NCBI GenBank assembly: GCA_044892525.1
Contig: CM097887.1
Span: 121,808,397 to 121,872,396, forward strand
From: Schmidtea polychroa
Lineage: Eukaryota
Direction of reading: 5' to 3'
Length of the DNA: 64,000 bases
Positions 1 to 12,836 of the stretch are shown piece after piece; the first letter of the stretch is position 1; each line of letters starts with the position of its first letter. Both the position numbers and the translations under genes were made by a program. The notes under the pieces were generated by a model. That model saw only the letters and a list, made by a program, of their open reading frames with translations. It was not told the origin of the DNA and searched no databases.

Positions 1-250
1 TATGAAAATCAGTTGTTATGCATGATTTGTTCAATTTTATCAAAATTTTTTAACTTTTACACTATTTCAACTATTAAAAACATAATTTTAATAAAATTAA
101 TTAATAATAATTTAAGTAACTTAATGTAATGTAACTTAGTTTGTGAATTTTTTTGGTTTCAAATAGACTTTATATTTTAATTTTATATTTTACATTAAGT
201 TTTGATAATTGACAAAACCTCATATAAACATAAAGTTTATTCGCCTGAAG

Positions 251-594
251 CAGTGGTTCTCAACTCGTGCTCCACGAAAAAAATGACATTTTATCTTTAA
301 ATTTGCATTTAAGATACATATCATCAAAAACCTCAATTAATTTTATAAGATGATTCAATAAGAAAGCCGTTACACAGATATATAAACGTACAAATATAAA
401 AGTGTTTTTATTTCTTGTTATTGTTGCGCGTGGCATTTTCTTTGCTTATAAGAAGGCGTTGTTTACGTTTACGACAGATTTATAGTAATTTGTGATTGGT
501 CACTCGTTGTGGGCAAGTATTTTTTTGTCAATGTTCCGCGTAAAAAAATCATGTGAATGGTGTTCCGCGCTTTTATATTAATTGAGAACCACTG
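251..594. mobile_element. hAT (Charlie-type) MITE
   Basis: Perfect 13-bp TIRs CAGTGGTTCTCAA (251-263) / TTGAGAACCACTG (582-594); 8-bp flanks GCCTGAAG / GTCTAAAG match 6/8 (decayed TSD); non-coding interior. Confidence 0.8.
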
Positions 595-847
595 GTCTAA
601 AGCTCCGCACCTGAAATACGTCAGTCTATTAAAGGATACAATATGACTAATATAAATCTAATTAAAAAAAAATTACATTAATAAATAAGCTATATAGTCT
701 AATCAAAAAGTGTCTTCTAAAAATTTGCGAAGAAAACAAAACAAAATTTTATAAATATATATGTATTATTGTCGTTATATTTTATGATTCCAGGTAAAGT
801 TGACAATAAGATTTTCTATAATGTAATATTTAAATATTAAAAATATT

Positions 848-1341
848 TTAAATAAATTCAACTTATTGATTTGAATATTTGTCTAATCAATTTTAATTTC
901 AATCGACATGACATTTTTATTCCAATAATATCTGAAAATTATCTGTTATACGATGTTAAATATTAAAAATTTTGATTAAATAAAATTAAATGAACATATA
1001 TTTCTATATATTTTATTAAAATACAAATAAAAAATACTTGCGACCAAAACATTCCCGGAACGTTTAAATAACCATCTCACAAAAATTGTTTCAATTTTCA
1101 CTCAGTTTGAACTGCAAAGGTCCATTATTAGATTTTCAGTCGTTAATATTATATACACATCATTATTATACAAATAATTTAAAATAAAAATTTTTTGTTA
1201 AATAAATTCAACTTATTGATTTGAATATTTGTCTAATCAATTTTAATTTCAATCGACATGACATTTTTATTTCAATAATATCTGAAAATTAACTGTTATA
1301 GGATGTTAAATATTAAAAACTTAGATTAAATTAAATTAATT
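848..1341. repeat. ~140-bp direct repeat, two copies 350 bp apart
   Basis: AATAAATTCAACTTATTGATTTGAATATTTGTCTAATC... at 851-991 and 1201-1341 with few substitutions. Confidence 0.85.
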
Positions 1342-1753
1342 TCGGAAATCATACACTTTCAAATTTTATTTCACATTAAATATCAAATATGGATTAAATT
1401 TGTTACTCCACTACCAGATGTTTTTCGTTTTCTCCAAAAATATAGAGTATAAACTTACCGAAAATGTTACGCAACCTATTTTTGGCAGCCGACTTAATGA
1501 GCACATTAAAAACAAAACTAGAGTGTTCCATCTAACAAACAAAATGCCAACTTCTGCAAAGCGGATTAAATAATTCATTAGAAAGATTTGTTTCCGAAAG
1601 TTATTCAATTCTAAAGAATCTCGTTTAATTTAAAATTTTAGCTATCTTTTAAGATTAAATTTATATAACGATCAAAAGTGAATTACAAACATTAAAATGA
1701 AAAATATTGAATTAAAAAGGTGAAACCAAAAGATAAATGAGATTATTATTTAG

Positions 1754-2232
1754 ACTCTTCAATGGAAATTTACTTAAAACTAATCAGCAGTTACCAAGAG
1801 CAAGTGGTGGTTATGTATATCGACGAAATTGTTCAAACTGTTGGACAATGGTTTAAGAAACTCGTCGACAGTAACAGTAAAATATCGCTACGAATTGAAG
1901 CTTTGAAAGCTGTTTGCAATTTGAATTCATCTGTAAATCACCTAGAGAAATTTGCAGATGACATTGCGGGAAATATTATTTCAACGGGAAACTCTATTGG
2001 GCTTCTCAGTGTGGTAAGGAATATGAATTGACAACTCCATTACAATTGTGTTCCTTTTTAGCGTGACCGATATTTTCTGGCTGAAGTGATTGGATGGTTC
2101 TGTGTATCATTTCCAAAACATAAATCAGATCAGTTTATGATCGATGTCAAACTGGTATTACGCAAATTGATCGATGACAAAAAGCGAATAGTTCGAATGG
2201 AAGCAGCTAAATCACAGGCGATTTTGTTTTGA
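1754..2232 (+). CDS. MMS19: 3' exons of an MMS19-like HEAT-repeat protein (5' part unresolved, possibly a gene fragment)
   Basis: Exon ~1754-2013, a 48-bp GT..AG intron (2014-2061) and exon 2062-2232 splice in frame to ...VKLVLRKLIDDKKRIVRMEAAKSQAILF*, resembling the MMS19 C-terminal motif LDDKKRLVRKEAV (recalled, not searched). No stop-free upstream exon could be joined. Confidence 0.55.
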
Positions 2233-2477
2233 TACTTTTATGAATACATTTCATCGCTCTTGTTTCTTTTCCCTATTTTGGTAACTTATTTTTATGGAAA
2301 ATTTGTGAGACACAAACTATATCGGTCAGTTAAAATCTTATTTGCATCGGTTGGTTCTATCTTATCTGAATCGTTTGGAGTACCTATACATTGCATCGAT
2401 CATCTTAGGAATAATGGGGCGATTTACACAGAAATTCAATTGTCTGCCATAGTTTCCGGATGGGCACTCGTACCACC

Positions 2478-2565
2478 TGCAAGGAGTTGGATCGGGAGGA
2501 TTTGGCGTGACTGAGACTGAATTCTTGCTTCACCATTTTTCGCGTGAGGTTTTCCAATTATTTAC
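2478..2565. repeat. Dispersed repeat (family 'B'), homologous to 36779-36866
   Basis: GATTTGGCGTGACTGAGACTGA(A/G)TTCTTGCTTCAC...GAGGTTTTCCAATTATTTAC is shared in the same orientation on both sides of the amplicon. Confidence 0.75.
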
Positions 2566-2724
2566 CGCAGATTTTCAAGCAGCACATCCAGGTTTGGAAT
2601 TGTGAAGTAATTGGCTTCTTGGTTGTCATCATAAACGTGATCGTCTTGTGGTCTGTCCTTAGTGTGAATCTCGTTCTGTAGAGATAGGGCTTAAAATGAA
2701 TACAAAAATAGTATACTGCCAATA

Positions 2725-2978
2725 CTGCCCTCCTTATCAAATAGACCGTAACTGACAAAACTACAAAAATCGAGTTAGAGGCGTCAACTGTATGCAGTTG
2801 CAATTAACCTTCATTCTGCTTAGCGATAAGACCGTATCTGCATCACTAGGCCTAGATGCATACACATATAAATGGATGATTGGTTTAGGTTAACTGGTTG
2901 GCAGAATTGAAAACACGTTTTGCTATTTATCTCCTAAGTGTATTTTTGCATTTACGGTCTATTTGATAAGGAGGGCAG
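2725..2978. mobile_element. MITE with 27-bp TIRs and 4-bp TSD
   Basis: CTGCCCTCCTTATCAAATAGACCGTAA (2725-2751) is the perfect reverse complement of 2952-2978; AATA on both flanks; removing it restores the gypsy codons for KELLAVYY. Confidence 0.88.
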
Positions 2979-3114
2979 AATAGTTCCTTCTTTGTAATGC
3001 AATATCCTTTTCATGGCTCGTCACCGAGTGTGATCCATACGCAATTACTCTCTCCTATCCATCTTTATCTCTTTGTGAAAGCACTGCTTCAATGGTATCA
3101 AAACTGGCATCAGT

Positions 3115-3405
3115 CAGTGGCGTAGCGAGGGGGCGAGGGGTGACAGGGGCCAAGCATTGAAAATTTTTTAAAATAAACGATGAAAAAGGGATTTTATTTT
3201 TCGGTTTTCCAGTTTTTTTCTAGTTTTGTTATATTTTTATATTTTATATTTTTTTTAAATATTATTTTAGAATTTATTAATATGCATTTTATATTTGGCG
3301 TTTTTACATATGTCTATTTTAATATCACAAAAAAATTTTTATAAAAAGCCCAGGGCGCAAAAATATCCCTGCCCCCTGGCGCCAAGTACTCTAGCTACGC
3401 CACTG
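3115..3405. mobile_element. hAT MITE
   Basis: 12-bp TIRs CAGTGGCGTAGC / GCTACGCCACTG; perfect 8-bp TSD GCATCAGT; inserted in the gypsy RNase H TDAS motif. Confidence 0.92.
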
Positions 3406-4620
3406 GCATCAGTCTCTCAAATGAACTCCTTTCTCAGATCTGGAAAGCATAAAATCGGTGCCGTTGTGAGTGCTAACTTCATTCCCTCGAATACGTTATT
3501 CGTTCCTTCAGTCCATTTCAGTTTTTTGTTACTCAGACCGCTACATAATTGTTCTAACATCCTTGCTTTATTTGCATACTCACTGATGAATCTTCTATAA
3601 TAATTGCAAATGCCTAAAAAGCTTCGAAGTTTCTTTACGCAACTTGGCTTTCCAAAGTTTTGTATAGCCTGAATCTTAAAAGGATCAGCTTTTACTCCTT
3701 TACTGCTTATGTGTCCTAAGAATCTGATATCTTTATTATTTGACACTTTTCTGGGTTCATTTTTAGTCCTGCTTCAGAATATTGTATAATGTTTTTCTTT
3801 ACTATTCGAATAAATCAAAATGTCATCCAAATAGACCATTGCTCCATTTATTTTGCCTATTACCTTTGTCATCATTTCCTGAAACGTACCTGGTACTGCA
3901 GCAATTCCGAAAGGCATTCTATTGAAAAAGTATTGCCCTTTCTTTGTTGAGAAGGCTGTTTTCTCTTGCGCTTCTTTGTCTAACTCCACTTGGTAATATG
4001 CATTACCAAGATCGATTGAGCCTAATTAAACGGACCCTCCTAACAAATCTAAAATCTCGTCTATGTTTGGCATTGGGAAATTTGATGATTTTTAGATGAT
4101 TATAGAGAGTAATCAATCATGCGCTTGTATATAACAAATGGTAGAATGGTGTAATTTAGAGTAATTAATTTAGAAAACTTGTTCATTCAATGTTATCATT
4201 CGTGGGCTTATGTCAGTCCTTTTAAAAATTTAATGATAATTATTTAGATATTTCTAAGGTAAATTATTGACTTTGATAATTGTAAATGAGTTTTTACTGA
4301 ATTTCCTAAAATATTTAAGCAATCTGTAAATCAAATTGAGTATACATGTGATAAGCTTACTTATAAGTAATTTTTAAATTAATTTATTCAATCTAAATAA
4401 ATTATTTACTAGATTTTATTAGAAAAATCTAAAAATACATGATAGCTCGACGTGATCTCCAGGCGTACTAAGTTTTTATGTAATGGTATATCATTGTGTA
4501 ATATCTATTGAAATATAATAAAAAGGAGAAACTAATAATAATTGTTGAGTATATCATTAAAACAAATAATTTATTAAGAATTTATTTCTTTGGCAACTTT
4601 TATAATACATCAAAACTATT

Positions 4621-4646
4621 TCACTTTTTTTCTATTACGAACACTA

Positions 4647-4678
<32 letters not shown>

Positions 4679-5627
4679 AAATAATAAATAAATGAGATAT
4701 TAATTGCAAATAATATCTTACCTCCATAAACCTCAAGTTCTGCAAAATTTAGTATTTCATTTTTCGTTTGTCTTACACGAATTTTATCAGCTAATTTTCT
4801 GTCACAATTGAGGTTATAAACCGGCTTGTTTTCCGTGATTATTCCACATTGTCCAGTAATCTCATCCTCTTTGTTAAGCAATTCAATAACTGTTCCAACC
4901 ATTCTTTGTGAACAACAATCTTTCCTGTTATGCAAAACTAAAGATTCAATATTGAATGTCCTTCCTAGGAATACTGTCCAAGACGAGTTTAGTGCCTGAG
5001 TTGTGTGGCAAAAATTATCGAACTTCTCGTCATTACAAAATGCTGCTGGATATTGATTATGGCTTTGCTTATTTAAGATAGAATTCTTTCCTTTGGCAAT
5101 GTTGATCGTAGCTTTTGCTGCATTTTTATATGAAGCACCTTAAATGCAGTAAAGACCTTTTATAATTTTAAATATTTCTAACCTTTTACTTCTAGTTCTC
5201 GAAAATTGAGATATTCGTTTCTGGTATGTCTAATTCGAATCATGTTTCCGATTTTATTTCCACATGAAAATACATACGAAGGTTTACTTTCAGTGATTTG
5301 TCCACATTGATGAATGAGTTTATTGGTCTTGGACAACAATTCTACTACTGCTCCAACAATCCTATCTTGACAACAATCAACTCTATTGTGTAGAACAACA
5401 GAATCGATGGTGTATGAACCCTCTAGATCAACCATCCAATATGGATTTCTTTCTGAATTTGTATGGCAGAAATTGGATAAATTGCCATCAACACAGAAAC
5501 TTGAAGGATATTTATTTCCATAATTGCTGCTTTGAGCTGTTGGTTTACCTTTAGAGATAATGTCTTGTGAACGTACGAATTCACACAAAATCAACATAGA
5601 CCATGACACAAGTATTAATTTAATCAT
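4621..5627 (-). CDS. Secreted tandem F-type lectin (two fucolectin domains plus acidic tail), copy 1
   Basis: Exons 5183-5627, 4722-5138, 4621-4676; 44- and 45-bp GT..AG phase-1 introns; hydrophobic N-terminus; both domains have H-X26-R-X-D-X4-R; Glu tract one codon longer than in the other copies. Confidence 0.88.
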
Positions 5628-7054
5628 TTTTATCTAACTTTTAAAATCTTCATTCGGTATTTATAATCATTATTTTGAGTTCAACTGGCTGAAAAATGAA
5701 AAAATTTTAAAATAATATTTTTGAAAGCCACAGGTGTGAGACAGAAGTGTCGAAAAGATAAATATTTAAAGATCAACTATCCTGCTCGAAATATTTACAT
5801 ATTAATCAATTTTATCAAAATTATTTTTCTTGATAAAATAACTCAAAATTTATACATTAAAAATAATAATAATAATATTAAAAATAATAATATTCACCTT
5901 TTTATTCACTAGCTTCTTTTGACCAACTCTTTTCTTTTATATTTGATTTAATTCTATTTTCTTTTCGTAAGTATCTCCTAATTCTATATTTTCGTTTTCC
6001 CTAAACGTCCTATTCTGTCTTTTCCTTTTTCCTACTTTCGATTTCTTCGAATTACTAGCTGAGGCTAAAAGCCGGTTTGCTTTGATTTTCCCATTCCTTA
6101 TATACTCTTCGAAATCGGAATGACAAATGGTTAAATCTAAAACGATTGGATCGCAGGTAAAAGCCAAAGGCAGTGGTACCATCAAGAAATTAATACAGGG
6201 CTTTACATAATAGTGTTAATCTGATGTGATGCAAAAAGAATTGGTGTTAGAGTACGTTCTTGTAAGCTAGGATGAACGCGTTGAATAGAAATGGTGGATA
6301 GTGTAGTGGTTGAAGAGGTTAGGACTAGACCGTAATTCACAAATAGGGTGGTAATTGAATCTTTTCTTTCATAACTTTGTCGTGATTTATTTCCACGTAC
6401 CCAGGGGTAGTCTAGCTAAATTTTCTTTTATAAGCATTGAGTTTGGTTGAAATTCTGAAAACGGACAAGAAAGCCGACCAGCATGCTGACGAAAAATTAC
6501 AATTCCGGGTCAACAAACTCAAGGCTCGGTGTCGGGAAATGAAGTGCACCTGGTTCCACCCAAAAGACATGAGAAAACACATGCGCCAGATTCAAAAATT
6601 TGCAGACGCATAGCGCCAAAAATCACACAGAATTGAGGGTATTATGAATTCAAATGCGACGGTAGGAGAACCATCCAGATATTTCTTCTCTTAAAAACCA
6701 AAAATGTTCTAAATATTTTTATGCAATTGATAAGTTTAGTAAAATAATTTTAAATAAATGCTATTAATACTTAATATATCTCCTTCTTCTCATCAGAAAT
6801 ATTTCAATAACAGTTCTCAAAAGTATTTTTCCTTTTCATTTTGTAATTATACCTCCCGTAGTGTCATAATACATATTGCAAATTTTACCACGTATATTTT
6901 TGCTCATCTTGTTTGTTAGTATAAATACTCATATTCACTACATCATTCGACATATCAGTCAATTTACATTCATTCATACTACAATCCTTAGCATTATTCA
7001 TACATTTATCAACAGCCTCTTTCAACGTTAACAATAAAAACCGTTTTGAATAGC

Positions 7055-8855
7055 TGAAAGGGTAGAATTCACGTTTAAGTTAAAACGGAACATTGCTAAT
7101 AAACATTTAAATTGTATATATCAGATTGCTTAAATTTTTATATAAATATTCAATTTAATTAATTAAAGTAAGTGAATATGAAGAATATGAAGTCGACATT
7201 AATAACCGCACCGATTTTGGTATTTCCGGATTTTAAGAAAGAATTCATACTGGATACGGACGCAAGTTTCGATACAATCGGCGCAGTCTTATCACAGGAG
7301 GATGACATGGGATATGAGCAAGTTATCGCATATGATTCACATGCGATGAATGACCACGAAAGAGGCTATTGTATTACAAGAAAAGAACTCCTGGCTATAT
7401 ATTATTTTTGTAGGCATTTCAATCACTATTTATATGGGAAAAGATTTATACTACGTACAGATCATAAAGCAATAACATTTATGCTAACGAAAAAGCCAAT
7501 TACAGCTCAATTCCAGACCTGGATAAACTATTTAAGTAGCCTTGATATAAAAATAGAATTTAGAAAGGGTACACTACATACGAAAGCAGACATGTTATCG
7601 AGGAAAACGTGTGGCACATGTGTACAATGCCTTATGGAGCACGATAATCCTAAAATGGGAAGAATGAAAACCAGGTTGTTATATATAATGACTGAAGACA
7701 AAGGAGAGGAATGGCAAATGAATAGTGATGAAATAGAGGAGATTAAAAATAAAATAAGAACGCAAACAAGTGGAAGGTTTATAATAGAGGATAACATTAT
7801 TTATACCAAAGATAAAAGAATATGGATACCAGAGAGCAAAAGAAGAGAAATGATTAACAAAACAAATCTATTATTGTGACATGCTAGAGTTGACAAAGTT
7901 ATCAAATACATACAAAACAATTTTGATATGAGAGATCTAATAAAGGAAGAAAAAACGACAATATGAAATTGCGAATCGTTCCAAAAAGTTAAAGTTGTAA
8001 CTACAAAGATGAAAGAGAAACCAAAAGTACTTGAAGCATCCGAACCTTTTGAGAAAATATATATGGATATCTGTGGCCCAATGAAAGAAACATTTAACAG
8101 GAAAAGATACATTTGCGCAATAATCGACCATTACAGCAAATACATCTCGTTAACAGCAATCAATAAACAGGATGAAGAGACAGTTGGAAAGATATTTTTA
8201 AACAACTGGATTCAAAAATTTGAAGCACCAAAAGAACTACATGTAGATTGCGGGAAAACATTCGAAGCTAATAGCATAAAGAATATAAGCAAAAATGCAG
8301 GGTTCGAGATAGTGTATTCGAGCCCATATCATCATAATACGAATGGTATAATCGAAAGACAATTCCGGACAATAAGAGATTTTATTAATGCATCGCTGAA
8401 AGACGGAAATACAAAAGACTGGGCAGACCTTATCCCATAATATACACTCAACGCGACAATCCAAAACAAAACAGGAGTAAGTCCAGCTGAAATTATTTTT
8501 GGTAGGAAAATTGATAGATCGAAATGGTAAAATGATAGTAGAATCAACAGGAACGATATCGCATTGAAAATTGAATGTAAAAGACGAAATGATGAAACAA
8601 CAACTGCAAGGAGGTTGGATGTTGGAGACAAAGTGTTAATCAAACGAGAAATACGAAATAAGGATCAAGATAGATATGAAGGACCATACATGGTAACAAA
8701 ACGAATACACGATCGTAGTTATATGCTGAGAGATAAAAGTGGGAAATCTTTAATCAGGAATATTGAAAAGATTAAAGAATTTTCAAAGAAGGGGGATGAA
8801 AGAATAGAATTCACGTTTAAGTTAAAACGGAACATTGCTAATAAACATTTAAATT
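7055..8855 (+). mobile_element. Internally deleted Ty3/gypsy element (LTR remnant - RNase H - integrase - PPT - LTR remnant), unit copy
   Basis: 59-bp direct repeats starting TG at 7055 and 8797; polypurine tract AAGAAGGGGGA before 8797; RNase H (LDTDAS..KELLAI..RTDHK) and integrase (MDICGP..HVDCG..NGIIER, YEGPY) with stops and frameshifts. Confidence 0.88.
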
Positions 8856-8861
8856 TATTAT

Positions 8862-9545
8862 TATTCATCTTTACGCTTAATTAATAAGTCAAGAAATGCT
8901 ATGGATGAATCCTTCCCAGTTTCACATGTGAATATAATGTTCTTATGCAATCCATTCATGTAATGCAAAAACAGTTTCACGTTCCTTATTTTTAAATATC
9001 AAAAAAATATCATCAACATACCTTTTATACACAATTGGTTTTTCATATTGAAAAGAAGCAATTTTCTTTTCAAAATATGCCAAAAATATTGACAATGCCA
9101 TTGTTGGTGCTAAGGGCGAACCCATAGCCACTCATCAATTTGTTCATACCATTCATTACTAAGAAAATTAACTTTGGAAGTTGCAAACTCTAAAAGCTTC
9201 TAAATGCACTTCCATCACACATTTTATGCGCATCAATATTTATATTTCATAATTCACAACATAAATCGATTGTTTCTTTCAACGGGACATTAGTAAATAA
9301 ACTACATACATCAAACTAAACCATATACTCATTAACATTATTTTTATTCAATTGTCCTATATTGTATAGGCTTTACATAATCTAAATTGAAAACTGTCCT
9401 TACATTCAAACTCAGATTTTATTAAGGGTTTTAATAATCCATCCAAATACTTCGCTATTTTATACTGAGCGGTTCCAACCATAGTTAAAACAGGTCTCAC
9501 GGGAACTCCGTCTTTATGAACTTTGGGAAGTCCGTATAATTTATA
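8862..9545 (-). mobile_element. Penelope-like element RT relic, unit copy
   Basis: KLYGLPKVHKDGVPVRPV..YKIAKYLDGLLKPL, AMGSPLAP, YKRYVDDIFLIF, MNGLHKNIIFTCE..SIAFLDLLI are PLE-type RT motifs; frameshifted. Confidence 0.85.
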
Positions 9546-11832
9546 AGTTAGTCATCCGTCGTGAATGTAGGTATCCTGATGATGACAGTGATGCTATCGA
9601 AATATATAGTGAAAAAGATGTATTAATGATAAATTCCAGTTTTAATGATTTTATTTGAGTGATTATTTAAGAAATTTGATTGTCTAAGGCAATTAAATTC
9701 ATTAGTAATATTTTAGAGTTAATGCCAGCTGGTTTTAAGAAATATTTAAATGAATTTCTATCATTTTTTGTGAATTTCTTTGTTGATTCAAAGAGTATTT
9801 TAAATAATGAGGTTTTAATGGTTATTCTAAGATAAATTTAATTAATTTCTTGATAATTTGTTCTTAAAGTTTTTAATTTGAGTTTTTACAATAATCATGT
9901 GATTTATTTAATTTTGATGATAGTATGAACTTTGTAATGATATTAAATTTGACAAAATGATTTTTTCAATAATTATATTTTCCATGAACTTTTCAATTTC
10001 TCATTAGGCAGTTTACACATTAATGAACTATTAAATATTGAAAATTTTAAACTAAGAAACCAGTTAATTTTATCAAGGATAGATGATGGTAAAATATTTG
10101 AAATTTACATGAAAATTATTGTAGGATATACTGAAATTTCTGATTTGGTTTGAAAGATTTATAATTGCTAGAAAATTATTGAGGGAATCTGTGAAAATTA
10201 TGATCAATCAATGAGAAAATATAATCTCTAGTTAGGTATTTGATGGTAAATTGTGTTAAAACTTTGTTGATTTGTAGAAAATATTGGTTTTAGTGAATTT
10301 GTTCTTTGAAAGTCTTATAATACGGATTTAGCTACTCAATTATTTCAATGGAAGACTGGTGGATGTCAGTAATGTGTAGTTAAAGAAAATTCATAATTTT
10401 TGATGAATTTTTAAAATTTTCAATCGGTTTTAAGAGGATTTAATCGACTGAATTGATATTTTAAAAAGGGATGTGGCAGGTGGGAGAAATCTTTACGGAA
10501 GTTTAGGAATATAGTTGGTTGGATATATATATTTAAAGGTGGTAGAATTATAATTATTTAGTGTGACTTTTAGATCTCTAGAAGACAGCGATTTTATTAA
10601 TATTTGAGATCTTTAGAGATAATTGGAATTGATATCAATTGATATATTAAATTATTTTACTTTTATTTAAAATGTAATAGACAAGTATTGATTGTAAGGG
10701 TATCGATGACAAAATTTGTGAAATATTAACTTAAAAGAGTAATTTTGGGTGTCGTAACAACAAATGAAAGTTAATCTTTATTGAAAGAAATTTCTGATTT
10801 TTCAAATGGCTTTTAATTATATTTCTGGAGATTGAATCAGCTGAATATCAGTTAAGAATAGAATATGGCCATTTGAAGGAATATAGAGATTTTATCGAAT
10901 GGATAAATTTAATCTTTCGATGAATCAAGGTGGTTAATTGTGAATTATACAAAATCAATTGAATAAATTCTTTAATTGATTTTATTTTAAATTTCAAGGA
11001 GTGACTTTCCGTAAGAACAAAGATTTAATTATTTTTAATTATAACTAATTTTATAAATTAATTCTATGAATTTATTAATTTACTTAATTTTGAATGTTTT
11101 ATAATGAAATATTTGTGATATTTAGATAATAGGAATTAAGATCAAAATTAATGGGAGTAGAGTAGAGATAGTCATTTAAAGGGATTTTAATGAATTATAT
11201 TGGTTTGATATTAAAATGGGAATATATAATACTTTACGGATACTTATCGCTAAAATATCAATCTTTAAAGATGGATAGATATTTTATGGAAATTTGATGA
11301 TTTTTAGATGATTATAGAGAGTAATCAATCATGCGCTTGTATATAACAAATGGTAGAATGGTGTAATTTAGAGTAATTAATTTAGAAAACTTGTTCATTC
11401 AATGTTATCATTCGTGGGCTTATGTCAGTCCTTTTAAAAATTTAATGATAATTATTTAGATATTTCTAAGGTAAATTATTGACTTTGATAATTGTAAATG
11501 AGTTTTTACTGAATTTCCTAAAATATTTAAGCAATCTGTAAATCAAATTGAGTATACATGTGATAAGCTTACTTATAAGTAATTTTTAAATTAATTTATT
11601 CAATCTAAATAAATTATTTACTAGATTTTATTAGAAAAATCTAAAAATACATGATAGCTCGACGTGATCTCCAGGCGTACTAAGTTTTTATGTAATGGTA
11701 TATCATTGTGTAATATCTATTGAAATATAATAAAAAGGAGAAACTAATAATAATTGTTGAGTATATCATTAAAACAAATAATTTATTAAGAATTTATTTC
11801 TTTGGCAACTTTTATAATACATCAAAACTATT

Positions 11833-12836
11833 TCACTTTTTTTCTATTACGAACACTATTACTTCTTCTTCTCCTTCTTCTTCTTCTAAATAATAAATAA
11901 ATGAGATATTAATTGCAAATAATATCTTACCTCCATAAACCTCAAGTTCTGCAAAATTTAGTATTTCATTTTTCGTTTGTCTTACACGAATTTTATCAGC
12001 TAATTTTCTGTCACAATTGAGGTTATAAACCGGCTTGTTTTCCGTGATTATTCCACATTGTCCAGTAATCTCATCCTCTTTGTTAAGCAATTCAATAACT
12101 GTTCCAACCATTCTTTGTGAACAACAATCTTTCCTGTTATGCAAAACTAAAGATTCAATATTGAATGTCCTTCCTAGGAATACTGTCCAAGACGAGTTTA
12201 GTGCCTGAGTTGTGTGGCAAAAATTATCGAACTTCTCGTCATTACAAAATGCTGCTGGATATTGATTATGGCTTTGCTTATTTAAGATAGAATTCTTTCC
12301 TTTGGCAATGTTGATCGTAGCTTTTGCTGCATTTTTATATGAAGCACCTTAAATGCAGTAAAGACCTTTTATAATTTTAAATATTTCTAACCTTTTACTT
12401 CTAGTTCTCGAAAATTGAGATATTCGTTTCTGGTATGTCTAATTCGAATCATGTTTCCGATTTTATTTCCACATGAAAATACATACGAAGGTTTACTTTC
12501 AGTGATTTGTCCACATTGATGAATGAGTTTATTGGTCTTGGACAACAATTCTACTACTGCTCCAACAATCCTATCTTGACAACAATCAACTCTATTGTGT
12601 AGAACAACAGAATCGATGGTGTATGAACCCTCTAGATCAACCATCCAATATGGATTTCTTTCTGAATTTGTATGGCAGAAATTGGATAAATTGCCATCAA
12701 CACAGAAACTTGAAGGATATTTATTTCCATAATTGCTGCTTTGAGCTGTTGGTTTACCTTTAGAGATAATGTCTTGTGAACGTACGAATTCACACAAAAT
12801 CAACATAGACCATGACACAAGTATTAATTTAATCAT
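11833..12836 (-). CDS. Tandem F-type lectin, copy 2 (304 aa spliced)
   Basis: Exons 12392-12836, 11931-12347, 11833-11885; same motifs as copy 4. Confidence 0.88.

Larger units (their letters stand above)
2566..4080 (-). mobile_element. Ty3/gypsy pol relic (RT-RNase H), disrupted by stops and two MITEs, truncated by the amplicon
   Basis: Minus strand reads FPMPNIDEILDLL, EKTAFST..YFFNRMPFG, VYLDDILIYS, FLGHISSKGV, LRSFLGICNYYRRFI, TDAS, KELLAVYYFC, LRTDHK. Confidence 0.93.

Noticed and set aside
6100-6160. Helitron rolling-circle origin for the 7,209-bp unit
   Set aside because: No 5'-TC or hairpin-CTRR ends at the A|B junction and no Rep/helicase coding sequence seen.
7528-8643. Antisense ORFs (89, 103, 64, 75, 103 aa) and their repeats in each unit
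   Set aside because: Shadow frames opposite the gypsy RNase H and integrase; no recognisable motifs.
9576-9602. CTGATGA...GAAA in each amplicon unit next to the Penelope RT, as a possible hammerhead
   Set aside because: No convincing stem I or stem II pairing and no G-C closing pair; treated as chance.
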